64,000 nt of DNA from Candidatus Saccharimonadota bacterium (GCA_013815775.1 JACDFN010000003.1:14354-78353); one strand, 5' to 3'; counted from the stretch's first letter, positions 54,228-63,145 are shown. Notes: generated by a model from the sequence alone, not told the origin. Translations and numbers: made by a program.

Positions 54228-55544
54228 ATGGAAAAAAGACAAAAAAATGAACAATCACTGCTAACGGGCAATCGGCGCGTTGGTTTTACTGATCTAGCTG
54301 AAGCTTTCCAACAATATCCTGAAAAAATCCGGGAAATACTTCAGCTTAGCCACACTCTGGACTTCTACCCCTATCGCAGTGGACTTTTCCCGGCTTCAGC
54401 TTTGCCTGGTGAACTGGGTGAAATAACCAGCATGGGTATGGCCTGGCTGCGCGATAGTGCTCATATAGCTGACGGTTTATGGCAAAGTGGCGATACAGAA
54501 AGTGCTACGGCTGCCGGCCGCGCTATTCTGGATATATTCAAAGACCAAAACACCATACACAAGATGGAAGGCATTATCAATGGTAGTCTCGACCCGAAAG
54601 ACCCGAATTCTCGCCCTCCAGTACGGGTTGACGGCGATACGCTTATTTATACTGGCTATAATGATGCTAATATTCAAAATGACTCGGTTGGATATTCGAT
54701 TTGGCTAGCTAGCCGATTAATTAAGAACGGGGAAATAAATACATCTGCCGATGATATCAATACACTAGCTTTGATAACTCGTTACCTAGGAGCAATCCGC
54801 TACTGGGAAGATGCCGATAGCGGCCATTGGGAGGAAACCCGTAAAGTTAACGCTTCCAGTATAGGCGTGGTTGTAGCCGGCCTTAAATCGACGAAAGAAT
54901 TGTTTGTTAGCCTGGGCTATAACCATAATTCTTTGGAGCTAACAGACCTTATTAATAAGGGAGCAGAGACTTTAAATCAGATCCTACCTTATGAATCGCC
55001 TGGACCGGGAGAACTTGAGCGTCGTTATGATTCAGCCTTACTGTTTTTGGTTGAGCCAATGAATGTTGTTAGTCCCGAACAGGCAAGAATGATCGTTGAC
55101 GACATAACGCGGCATATGGTGAGAGACATCGGTATTGCCCGTTATCCCAAAGATTCTTATTGGCACCCCGACTTTCGAGATGAAGTAAAGCTTGGTGAAC
55201 GAGCGACTTTCATCCCAGGTGCATTTGAAAAACGGGAAACCTTAGCTCAGGAAAACAATGAAGCCCAGTGGACTCTTTTCGACCCGCTACTTTCTGTCTA
55301 TTGGGGAAAGCAGTTTAAAGAGACAGGCAATACGAGTGCTCGGGAAAGGCAAATGTGGCACCTTAATCGCTCATTAGGTCAGTTAGTCTGCGGCGGTCCG
55401 GACGGACAATCGTTGCTATTGCCAGAAGCATACTTTTTGGAGAGAGGCCAATGGGTAGCTAATGACCACGTGCCATTGCTGTGGAGTCAGGCTAATTTGA
55501 TGCTAGCGCTTGATATGTTTGAGAAGACCTCGAGACAAGCCTAG
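54228..55544 (+). CDS. Glycoside hydrolase family 15-like (glucoamylase-type alpha/alpha-barrel) protein
   Basis: AWLRDSAHIA, GHWEETRKVNASSIG, YDSALLFL, and LPEAYF...HVPLLWSQANLMLAL. Confidence 0.55.
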   Translation: MEKRQKNEQSLLTGNRRVGFTDLAEAFQQYPEKIREILQLSHTLDFYPYRSGLFPASALPGELGEITSMGMAWLRDSAHIADGLWQSGDTESATAAGRAILDIFKDQNTIHKMEGIINGSLDPKDPNSRPPVRVDGDTLIYTGYNDANIQNDSVGYSIWLASRLIKNGEINTSADDINTLALITRYLGAIRYWEDADSGHWEETRKVNASSIGVVVAGLKSTKELFVSLGYNHNSLELTDLINKGAETLNQILPYESPGPGELERRYDSALLFLVEPMNVVSPEQARMIVDDITRHMVRDIGIARYPKDSYWHPDFRDEVKLGERATFIPGAFEKRETLAQENNEAQWTLFDPLLSVYWGKQFKETGNTSARERQMWHLNRSLGQLVCGGPDGQSLLLPEAYFLERGQWVANDHVPLLWSQANLMLALDMFEKTSRQA

Positions 55545-55592
55545 CGGTTATTGCTGTTGCTTTTTTAAACCTTTTATGCTAATATAGATACA

Positions 55593-55886
55593 ATGACAAA
55601 AATAAAAAAAACACCAGAAGAAGCAGAAGAAAAGTTAGCAATGCAACCCCCTGAAACGGAGTATGTTTCAGAGAGCTACGTAATTAACTTGCCTGCTACC
55701 AACGAGCATCTAGGAGACCCTTGGAGCCTGCGTAAATATGCATCTGAGGTGATGAACAGGGAAATTGGCGACGAGGTACAGCTAACATCTCTTAGAATTA
55801 AAAGACCTGGTTTAACCTCTCGTGGCACCGCTAAGCTTTTTAGTCGAACACCTAGGGTTAGGCTTTATGTTACGACAAAGTTCTAA
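55593..55886 (+). CDS. Hypothetical protein
   Basis: 97-aa ORF. No family recognised. Confidence 0.35.
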   Translation: MTKIKKTPEEAEEKLAMQPPETEYVSESYVINLPATNEHLGDPWSLRKYASEVMNREIGDEVQLTSLRIKRPGLTSRGTAKLFSRTPRVRLYVTTKF

Positions 55887-56086
55887 AACATAGGCACCAA
55901 AAGAAACGCCATATTGGCCGCTATGACTACGAACCCGACAATCTTAATTACATAGGGGTTGTCTAGATCTCTGATAATGCCGGTGCCTGCGTATTGTCCC
56001 AGCCAGCGGACGACTTCATGACTCCACTTAATCAGGGCAAACCCAACCGCGATACCTAGTAATGATTCCATTAATGACATAACCAT
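55883..56086 (-). CDS. Small two-TM membrane protein
   Basis: 67-aa ORF with two hydrophobic helices. Its 3' end overlaps the convergent 55593 ORF by 4 nt. Confidence 0.35.
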   Translation of the reverse strand: MVMSLMESLLGIAVGFALIKWSHEVVRWLGQYAGTGIIRDLDNPYVIKIVGFVVIAANMAFLLVPMF

Positions 56087-56118
56087 TTATTCTCACTGGT
56101 AGTATAAACCATCAAAGC

Positions 56119-56159
56119 TTGAGTTTTAAGGAGTTTTTACGTACAATACCTCTGTTCTT
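56119..56159 (+). promoter_or_regulatory. Promoter for the tRNA-Ile/tRNA-Ala unit
   Basis: TTGAGT (56119-56124), a 17-nt spacer, then TACAAT (56142-56147), followed by ACCTCTGTTCTT. Confidence 0.5.
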
Positions 56160-56196
56160 TTACCCAATAATAAATTAAAAATATAGGTTGTTTTGA

Positions 56197-56273
56197 GGGC
56201 TTGTAGCTCAGTTGGTTAGAGCGCGTCACTGATAATGACGAGGTCCCAGGTTCAAGTCCTGGCAAGCCCACCA
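56197..56273 (+). tRNA. tRNA-Ile (anticodon GAT)
   Basis: GGGCTTGTAGCTCAGTTGGTTAGAGCGCGTCACTGATAATGACGAGGTCCCAGGTTCAAGTCCTGGCAAGCCCACCA. Confidence 0.92.
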
Positions 56274-56279
56274 ATCACA

Positions 56280-56474
56280 ATGACAGATTACGGGAAGGAT
56301 AAGACGCTAAAATTAGCCGCAGCGACTGTTACGGCAATCTTTGCAGTTGGTCTAGGCGGAGCCCTGATAGTGGAGTCAGCTCTGGGTCTTATTATCCTAG
56401 TCAGTCTAGAAGCCGTGCTCTTAATAGGAGCCGGAATAGTACTGAACCGTATGTCAAAAGATAAGGGGCATTAG
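56280..56474 (+). CDS. Possible 64-aa two-TM peptide encoded in the tRNA-Ile/tRNA-Ala spacer
   Basis: The ATG lies 7 nt after tRNA-Ile. Strongly hydrophobic sequence (AAATVTAIFAVGLGGALIVESALGLIILVSLEAVLLIGAGIVL). The stop falls inside the first 10 nt of tRNA-Ala. No SD is visible. Confidence 0.25.
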   Translation: MTDYGKDKTLKLAAATVTAIFAVGLGGALIVESALGLIILVSLEAVLLIGAGIVLNRMSKDKGH

Positions 56475-56541
56475 CTCAGTTGGCTAGAGCACCACATTTG
56501 CAATGTGGGGGTCATCGGTTCGAGTCCGATATGCTCCACCA
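56465..56541 (+). tRNA. tRNA-Ala (anticodon TGC)
   Basis: GGGGCATTAGCTCAGTTGGCTAGAGCACCACATTTGCAATGTGGGGGTCATCGGTTCGAGTCCGATATGCTCCACCA. The G3:U70 pair is present. Confidence 0.92.
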
Positions 56542-56569
56542 AGATACCTTATCGATCTGATATTAAATT

Positions 56570-56610
56570 CCCCCGGGTCGCTCGCTTGCGAGCAACCCGG
56601 GGGTTTTGTT
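56570..56610. terminator. GC-rich terminator hairpin after tRNA-Ala, overlapping the stop of the antisense hydrolase gene
   Basis: CCCCCGGGT-cgctcgcttgcgagca-ACCCGGGGG-TTTTGTT. Confidence 0.7.
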
Positions 56611-57727
56611 ATCCGCAGTTTGCAATGGCGCCCGATTGGGCATCCACTACTGCCTGGCGGAAGGCGGGCAGTGACGACTTCGGAGTGGCGTCAGCATAGA
56701 AGGATCCGGACTGCCAAGCGGACAAGTCGCTCTCGTCACTGGTGTGAAAGAACGAGGTACCGATGACAGTCGGCTGGCAGGCGGCCAGCTCCAGAGCCTG
56801 GCGGTAGAACAACGCCTGAGTAGCTTCGCTAACCGCTTTAGTCGAGGGAGGCTCTGCGGAGTGGTACAAAGACCGCTTGTGAGGCGGAATAATGCTGTCC
56901 ACTCCGTATTCCATGTAGGCGATGGGTAACCTCGAGCCGGCTTGGGCTGTGCGGTTGAAAGCCTCCTCGAGAGCCGCTACCAGCTTCTTGTAGTCGGCGA
57001 AGCCGACATAGGCGCCCTCATGCAAAGCTTCCGGTGACTCGCTGGAGTTTACCCCGTAAGGATGGTACGAAAGAACGTCCATGAGGGGCTTTGTGCGTCC
57101 ACTTTCACGGAAGGCTTTGCCCATTTCCTTGATGTACTCAACCGAGCCACGTGAGGCAAGCCCGCCCCCGTAGACCCGGATGTCGGCCGAAATAGCCTTT
57201 AGCTCGTCATAAGCTTGGGCTAGCACCGTCACGTAGTTCTTGGCGGCGTCTTTTTGGGGCCGCCAGAACGACGGGGAATTGACTTCGTTTCCGATGACGA
57301 AGTCCTTAACTCCGTGAACTAACGTGAGTCCTGTTTTGTCTGTAGTACCTCCTTGCAGAGAGTGGGCCAGGGTGGACAGGAATGTCCGGTACTGGCGCCG
57401 CTGACCGGGTCCGATAGGCGCGCGACCGTACGGTGATACCGACAGAATCATGCGGATGCCGGATAGTTCTGCGGCTGCTACTGAGTTTCTGATGCTTTGA
57501 ACGTCCTGAGGGGACGGCCAAGGCTGGCCTGGTGACCAGGGAATGATCTGCCTGACGACTGTAAAGCCGGCCAGGGAAGTGAGCCTCATCTTCGCGTAAG
57601 CAACTTGAAGATCAGGTTGGAACGCTGAATTCGAAGCCACACCCACCCACTTGGGCGGTGCTGCCTCCGATGACTTTGTTCCCCCCGCTAGCAGCATAAG
57701 GAACGCTACGAGCAGGAATTTCGTCAT
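56609..57727 (-). CDS. Secreted TIM-barrel glycoside-hydrolase-like protein (clan GH-A-type motifs)
   Basis: Signal peptide MTKFLLVAFLMLLAGGTKSSEA/AP. GNEVN (acid/base NE) and AYMEYG (nucleophile Glu) motifs. SD GGAGAGAGG. G+C is about 60 %. Confidence 0.45.
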   Translation of the reverse strand: MTKFLLVAFLMLLAGGTKSSEAAPPKWVGVASNSAFQPDLQVAYAKMRLTSLAGFTVVRQIIPWSPGQPWPSPQDVQSIRNSVAAAELSGIRMILSVSPYGRAPIGPGQRRQYRTFLSTLAHSLQGGTTDKTGLTLVHGVKDFVIGNEVNSPSFWRPQKDAAKNYVTVLAQAYDELKAISADIRVYGGGLASRGSVEYIKEMGKAFRESGRTKPLMDVLSYHPYGVNSSESPEALHEGAYVGFADYKKLVAALEEAFNRTAQAGSRLPIAYMEYGVDSIIPPHKRSLYHSAEPPSTKAVSEATQALFYRQALELAACQPTVIGTSFFHTSDESDLSAWQSGSFYADATPKSSLPAFRQAVVDAQSGAIANCG

Positions 57728-57865
57728 TATCTACACCTCTCTCCGTAGGCAGGAATATCTACGCTACTGCAACTGTGTGTGAAGCAGTTAGGCTAGAGTA
57801 TACATGCAAAAGCTTTAAAAGTTAGAGATTTAACACAAAAAACAGGTGCCAAAGCGTATACTTTT

Positions 57866-57910
57866 CTACATCAGTTTACGATTGACTACCCCTGTTATAA
57901 TTGTTAAGAT
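57866..57910 (+). promoter_or_regulatory. 23S-5S rRNA promoter
   Basis: CTACATCA-N8-TTGACTACCCCTG with the -35 box at 57882-57887, a 17-nt spacer, then TAAGAT (57905-57910). Confidence 0.55.
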
Positions 57911-58430
57911 ATTAAGGTTGTTTGAGTACGGCCAGTCGATGAACGCCGACATAGCGCGCGTTTTCTGGGCTTACTCAAACTCTTTAAGTACAATCTGTCG
58001 CGTTTAGTGGTGGATAAAGTAGGCCTGTATCTTAAAAACTAGGGTAGACGTGCATTAGTGAAGTGCACGTTTTAATTTAGCAAATGACAAACGGCAATTG
58101 GTGATTAACCAATAGCTAGTCAATTGCACTTGACACACCCTTCATCTTCGGATGAAAGGTGTAATCGTAAAAAGTTACTCAAGCGCGCATAAAGGATGCC
58201 TTGACGTAAGACACCGAGGAAGGACGTAGTCGGCTGCGATAAGCCGCGGGGAGCTGCCAAACAAGCTTTGAACCGTGGATGTCCGAATGGGGAAACCTCA
58301 CTAGAGTCATATCTAGTGGCTACCGTCTGAATATATAGGACGGATAAGCGGTAAGCTGGGGAACTGAAACATCTTAGTACCCAGAGGAAAGGAAAGTAAA
58401 CAACGAATCCCGTAGTAGTGGCGAGCGAAC

Positions 58431-58625
58431 CGGGACTAGCTCAAACCTTAACCATTTCCATCTATTTATTTAGGTGGATAAGTTGGTAGACGAAAATGTT
58501 TAAGGGGTTGTGACAAGTAATTAACCAGTACGGAGCCCTGAGAATTTCTCAGATTTCCGTACTGATAGCAGGCTCTACCAATGGTCTGCATAAGGTAAAA
58601 AATTTGCGATGCGAGCAGAAGCTTC
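58431..58625 (+). other. 23S domain I expansion segment (about 145 nt extra)
   Basis: About 194 nt lie between the conserved GCGAGCGAAC and CTGGAAAGG, against about 47 nt in E. coli as I recall it. Contains helix CAGTACGGA...TCCGTACTG enclosing CTGAGA/TCTCAG. Confidence 0.7.
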
Positions 58626-58792
58626 TGGAAAGGGGCGCCATAGACCGTGAAAGCCGGGTATGCCAAGTGTTGCAAACCTTATTATTATTAGGCTATAAGA
58701 CTTGTCTTATAGTGTGTCGAGTAGGACGGGGCACGTGAAATCCTGTCTGAAACTGGGGGGTCCACCCTCCAAAGCTAAATATGTCTTACGAT

Positions 58793-58823
<31 letters not shown>

Positions 58824-60036
58824 TAAAAGAACCCCGGATAGGGGAGTGAAATAGAGCCTGAAATTATGCGCGTACAAGGAGTCGGAGCTAGATTTAGTCT
58901 AGTGACGGCGTGCTTTTTGTAGAACGATCCAGCGAGTTATTTTGCAGCGCAAGCTTAAGCCATTTGGCGGAGGCGTAGTGAAAGCGAGCCTTAATAGGGC
59001 GACAAGTGTTGCAAAGTAGACCCGAAACCAGGTGACCTAACCATGGGCAGGCTGAAGCGTGGGTAAAACTACGTGGAGGGCCGAACCGTAGCGAGTTGCA
59101 AAACGCCCGGATGACTTGTGGTTAGAGGTGAAATGCCAATCGAACCTGGAGATAGCTGGTTCTCCTCGAAATAGCTTTAGGGCTAGCGTCGTGTGGTAGC
59201 TGTGTGGGGTAGAGCTCTGTTTTGGAATGGGGCCCGTAAGGGTATCCACCCTTGACAAACTACGAATACGCACAGTGGTATCACGGCAGTTAGAACGTGG
59301 GGGCTAAGCTCCACGCTCGAAAGGGAAACAGCCCAGATCGCCAGCTAAGGTCCCTAAATATACACTCAGTGGAAAACGAAGTGGGATTTCTTCGACAATG
59401 AGGATGTTGGCTTAGAAGCAGCCATTCATTTAAAGAGTGCGTAACAGCTCACTCATCAAGAGATCCTGCGCGGAAAATGTAACGGGGCTAAAGTGTATTA
59501 CCGAAGCTGCGAATGCTGCTATAAATTTATTTGTAGCAGCGTGGTAGAGGAGCGTTGATATTGCATTGAAGTCAGACCGGGAGGTCTGGTGGAGCGTTAT
59601 CAAGTGAGAATGCTGGAATGAGTAACCACAAGAAGGGTGAGAATCCCTTCCACCGAAAGAGCAAGGTTTCCTGGGCCATGATAATCATCCCAGGGTTAGT
59701 CGGTCCTAAGCCGAGGCGAGTAGCGTAGGCGATGGACAACGGGTTAATAATCCCGTACCGGTAATATATTGTTTCAAGATGCGCGGCATGGTAGCAGAAG
59801 CGGATTCATGGTTATATCCGTCTAACTGGTCTAACGGGCCAGGAATGAGACACCTGAATAAGGTGAATTTCTGTGAGAGTACTGACTAGAAAAGTCTTGA
59901 TACTTATGTATGTTGCCGACCGTACCGCAAACCGACACAGGTGCTCAGGTCGAGAAGACCAAGGTGTACGAGTGAATCTTCGTTAAGGAACTCGGCAATA
60001 CAGCGACCGTAACTTAGGGATAAGGTCTGCCTGGGT

Positions 60037-60174
60037 ATGCCACAATGTTCCAAAAACATGAGAAAAACCTAGGTTTTTCTCATCGCGCCGGCAAAATGGA
60101 ATACATTTTGTCGGGTTGCTCTCTTTCTGAGAAGAAGAGGAGCAAAAACCCAATTTTTGGGATGTTGTGGCATA
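60037..60174 (+). other. 23S expansion segment at the helix-63-equivalent position (about 100 nt extra)
   Basis: Closed by ATGCCACAA/TTGTGGCAT. Contains a perfect 26-nt palindrome at 60058-60083 and at least two more hairpins. No ORF. Confidence 0.7.
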
Positions 60175-60468
60175 TCTAGGCCGCAGCTAAAGAACCCATG
60201 CAACTGTTTACCAAAAACACAGGTCTCTGCTAACACGAAAGTGGATGTATAGGGGCTGACTCCTGCCCGGTGCTGGAAGGTTAAGGGGAAGGCTTTACGG
60301 CTTGAACTTAAGCCCCAGTGAACGGCGGCGGTAACTATAACCGTCCTAAGGTAGCGAAATTCCTTGTCAGGTAAGTTCTGACCCGCACGAATGGAGTAAT
60401 GATATGGGTACTGTCTCAACGAAGAGCTCGGTGAAAGTGCATTGACGGTAAAGATGCCGTCTGTCCGC

Positions 60469-60500
<32 letters not shown>

Positions 60501-60861
60501 ACAGTTTGGCATTGAATCGGGTTGTAACATGTGTAGGATAGGTGGGAGGCTTTGAAGCCAGAGCGCTAGCTCTGGTGGAGCCAACGGTGAAATACCACCC
60601 TTGTTACAATCTTATTCTTACATTAACCGTTATCCGGTTAGTGGACAGTGTCTGATGGGTAGTTTAACTGGGGCGGTTGCCTCCTAAAGAGTAGCGGAGG
60701 CGTTCAAAGGTTGGCTAGATACGGATGGAAATCGTATCGGTAGTGTATACGCATAAGCCAGCTTGACTGTGAGGCCTACAAGCCAAGCAGGCACGAAAGT
60801 GGGAGTAAGTGATCCGCTGTCCAAACCATTTTTGGTTTACGAATGTGGTATCGGCAGCGCA

Positions 60862-60894
<33 letters not shown>

Positions 60895-60926
60895 TATAGC
60901 GCCCAATAGTTCACATAGACGGCGCT

Positions 60927-60961
<35 letters not shown>

Positions 60962-60975
60962 AGGAGGAGCATCTT

Positions 60976-61046
<71 letters not shown>

Positions 61047-61622
61047 TTATATCCGCTGTGGACGTCAGGAAATTTGAGAGGATTTGTCGCTAGTACGAGA
61101 GGACCGCGATGAACGCACCGCTGGTGTACCGGTTGTTCTACCAAGAGCATCGCCGGGTAGCTATAGTGCGGACCAGATAAGCGCTGAAAGCATATTAAGC
61201 GCGAAACTGACCTCAAGATTAGATTTCCCCAGAGACCCCTGAAAGACTATCAGGTTGATAGGCGCAAGGTGTAAGTGCGGTAACGCATTCAGCCGAAGCG
61301 TACTAATAGGTCCATTGACTTTTTACGAGTCCTCACAGACGAGCCATGAGGCTTTACTTGCGAGAGTCTGTGAGGGCTGGTGCATTGACTAGCTATTGGT
61401 AGTCAGCAAATAGCTGATTACCGGTCATTTGTTAAATATCTAACTGTTATTTGGCATCAAAGGATGTTACATTTACATCGTACTCGTGCATTAATAATTC
61501 ATTGGCGTCGACTTCCGCTACTTTTCTTAACAAGGGAAAGGTAGTAGCCGCAGTCTGCTTTAGCAAATTCGGATTTATTCCGAAAGCGGCGTTGAAGGAA
61601 AACCGTAGGTTGTCCTTCAAGG

Positions 61623-61740
61623 TAGTCGGTGCCCATGGCGCTAGGGAAACACCTGTTCCCATCCCGAACACAGCAGTTAAGCCTAGCAGCGGTTACAATA
61701 CTTGGGTTTAACCCTGGGAAAATAGCACGGTGCCGAACTA
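61623..61740 (+). rRNA. rrf: 5S ribosomal RNA
   Basis: GTCGGTGCCCATGGCGCTAGGGAAACACCTGTTCCCATCCCGAACACAGCAGTTAAGC...GGTGCCGAACTA. Confidence 0.93.
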
Positions 61741-61747
61741 TAAGAGA

Positions 61748-61776
61748 GCCCCCGGAAACGGGGGTTTTCTTCTTTT
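61748..61776 (+). terminator. Intrinsic terminator of the 23S-5S unit
   Basis: GCCCCCG-gaaa-CGGGGG-TTTTCTTCTTTT. Confidence 0.8.
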
Positions 61777-61797
61777 CAAGAAGCAATACTAGCTATC

Positions 61798-61920
61798 CTG
61801 GGCGGCAGGGTAGCGCCCAGCGCCGGGCTGCGTTCAAACGGTATAGTCTTCGCTTGCCGGAAAGTTGGCCAAACCGAACTCCCTTCGGTCAAACATGCGT
61901 TTGGCCTTCATCTTTCCGGC
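61798..61920. other. GC-rich nested-hairpin element of unknown nature
   Basis: CTGGGCG/CGCCCAG (61798-61820). Nested pairs GCCGGAAAG/CTTTCCGGC, GGCCAAAC/GTTTGGCC and CCGAA/TTCGG (61856-61920). Confidence 0.3.
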
Positions 61921-61977
61921 CATGCTCATCCTTCTGTTTAAGCCGATCCCCGAAACCATAAACGGAATAATCTGACA

Positions 61978-62006
61978 TTGACGTAAGAGAATTAGTGTAG
62001 TATAAT
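61978..62006 (+). promoter_or_regulatory. Near-consensus sigma70 promoter of the acidic mini-gene array
   Basis: TTGACG, a 17-nt spacer, then TATAAT. SD AAGGA lies 6 nt before the ATG at 62038. Confidence 0.6.
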
Positions 62007-62037
62007 ATTAAATAATTAGGTTTATTAAGGAATTAAT

Positions 62038-62457
62038 ATGAGCGACAGATATCCAAATTTTGAGTCCCATCATTTGTCTGATCTGTATTTGGAAACTCAA
62101 ACCGATCGAGTTAAAAATCTGGTCAGCAATGCTGATACTATTATAATTCACACAACGCATGAAGCATACATAAAGGAGTTGGCACAGTCGTTCAACCTTC
62201 CTGAGGATGCAGCCGAGAGCTTGCGCAACGATTTCTTTAGACAGCGCGCCGAAATATTACGTAGATTAGATGCATCTGAAGAGCGTGTTGATTTTAGCGA
62301 ACCTTTACCTGTTGATCAACTTTCTGCCTTTAGCACTATGCTTCCAGAATATACTATCTCTGATGTAGCATTCCTGTCTGATGCTGATGCGGTTGCAGAG
62401 GTAAGGGAATGGATGGCGGCTGAACAGAGTGATATAGAAGGCGAGCAGGGAGTTTAA
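62038..62457 (+). CDS. Acidic hypothetical protein (139 aa), array gene 1
   Basis: ORF with SD. Net charge is strongly negative. Ends in ...EGEQGV. Confidence 0.5.
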   Translation: MSDRYPNFESHHLSDLYLETQTDRVKNLVSNADTIIIHTTHEAYIKELAQSFNLPEDAAESLRNDFFRQRAEILRRLDASEERVDFSEPLPVDQLSAFSTMLPEYTISDVAFLSDADAVAEVREWMAAEQSDIEGEQGV

Positions 62458-62460
62458 ATT

Positions 62461-62619
62461 ATGAGCGAGCATTTAGTAAATCCGCCTGCCGAAGGCACTA
62501 CAGATGAGGATTGGGGTTTTGAGCCAGCGGGTTGGGAAGACAGATTCATAGTCCGCTCAATGGAGAAGCTGCTAGACTTGCTAGGTAGATTAAAAGGCGA
62601 AGAAGCCGAAGGAGTTTAA
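62461..62619 (+). CDS. Acidic mini-protein (52 aa), array gene 2; below the track cutoff
   Basis: Hand translation gives MSEHLVNPPAEGTTDEDWGFEPAGWEDRFIVRSMEKLLDLLGRLKGEEAEGV. The SD GGAG is supplied by the GV codons of gene 1. Confidence 0.4.
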   Translation: MSEHLVNPPAEGTTDEDWGFEPAGWEDRFIVRSMEKLLDLLGRLKGEEAEGV

Positions 62620-62620
62620 T

Positions 62621-62926
62621 ATGAGCGAATTTTTTCCATCAGAGCCCGGTTCTGGTCTTATGCCGGAAAAGGATCAATTACCTAACGATTTAGTCACTGG
62701 TGTTCACAGTGAACATGATATAGCGGTGGAGCAAGCATTAAAGACTTCTTTTGAACGCATTACTACAGCCTATGAATCACCTCCCCCACATCTGCAGATA
62801 GGTATAAGGGATTTAGAGATGGAAGAAATCGAAAGATTTATACATGATCCACTCTATGAACTAATTCGCGAACGTATGCGTCAACAAGACACAGATTCAA
62901 AAGAAGTAGAAGACCAAGGAGTTTAA
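62621..62926 (+). CDS. Acidic hypothetical protein (101 aa), array gene 3
   Basis: Starts 1 nt after the gene 2 stop. Ends in ...VEDQGV. Confidence 0.5.
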   Translation: MSEFFPSEPGSGLMPEKDQLPNDLVTGVHSEHDIAVEQALKTSFERITTAYESPPPHLQIGIRDLEMEEIERFIHDPLYELIRERMRQQDTDSKEVEDQGV

Positions 62927-62927
62927 T

Positions 62928-63041
62928 ATGGCTGAACGTGAATACGCACACGAAAACCTCGTTGATTCAGCGATGATTGTAGTTAGCAGACGGTCAGCTT
63001 CAGCTGACACTTTCAATGAAGTACCACTTCGAGCTTCTTAA
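62928..63041 (+). CDS. Mini-ORF (37 aa), array gene 4
   Basis: MAEREYAHENLVDSAMIVVSRRSASADTFNEVPLRAS. It has the same GGAGTTTAATATG junction. Confidence 0.3.
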   Translation: MAEREYAHENLVDSAMIVVSRRSASADTFNEVPLRAS

Positions 63042-63048
63042 CCCTAGC

Positions 63049-63103
63049 TTCTGTTTTTCCGATGCCCGGGCCCATTTAAATCTGCTTCCTCGAGCCCGAG
63101 AAG
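63049..63103. repeat. Repeat copy R1 (paralogue of 63507-63561)
   Basis: ttctgtttttccgatgcccgggcccatttaaatctgcttcctcgagcccgagaag is about 80 % identical by eye to R2. Confidence 0.6.
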
Positions 63104-63145
63104 ATAGTTCCTGGCTTATAGCCTGAAGGATGTTCTTGATTCTGA

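Noticed and set aside
56503-56929. ORFs 56503-56766, 56505-56699 and 56744-56929 on the + strand
   Set aside because: They begin inside tRNA-Ala or run antisense through the GC-rich hydrolase gene. They are shadow ORFs.
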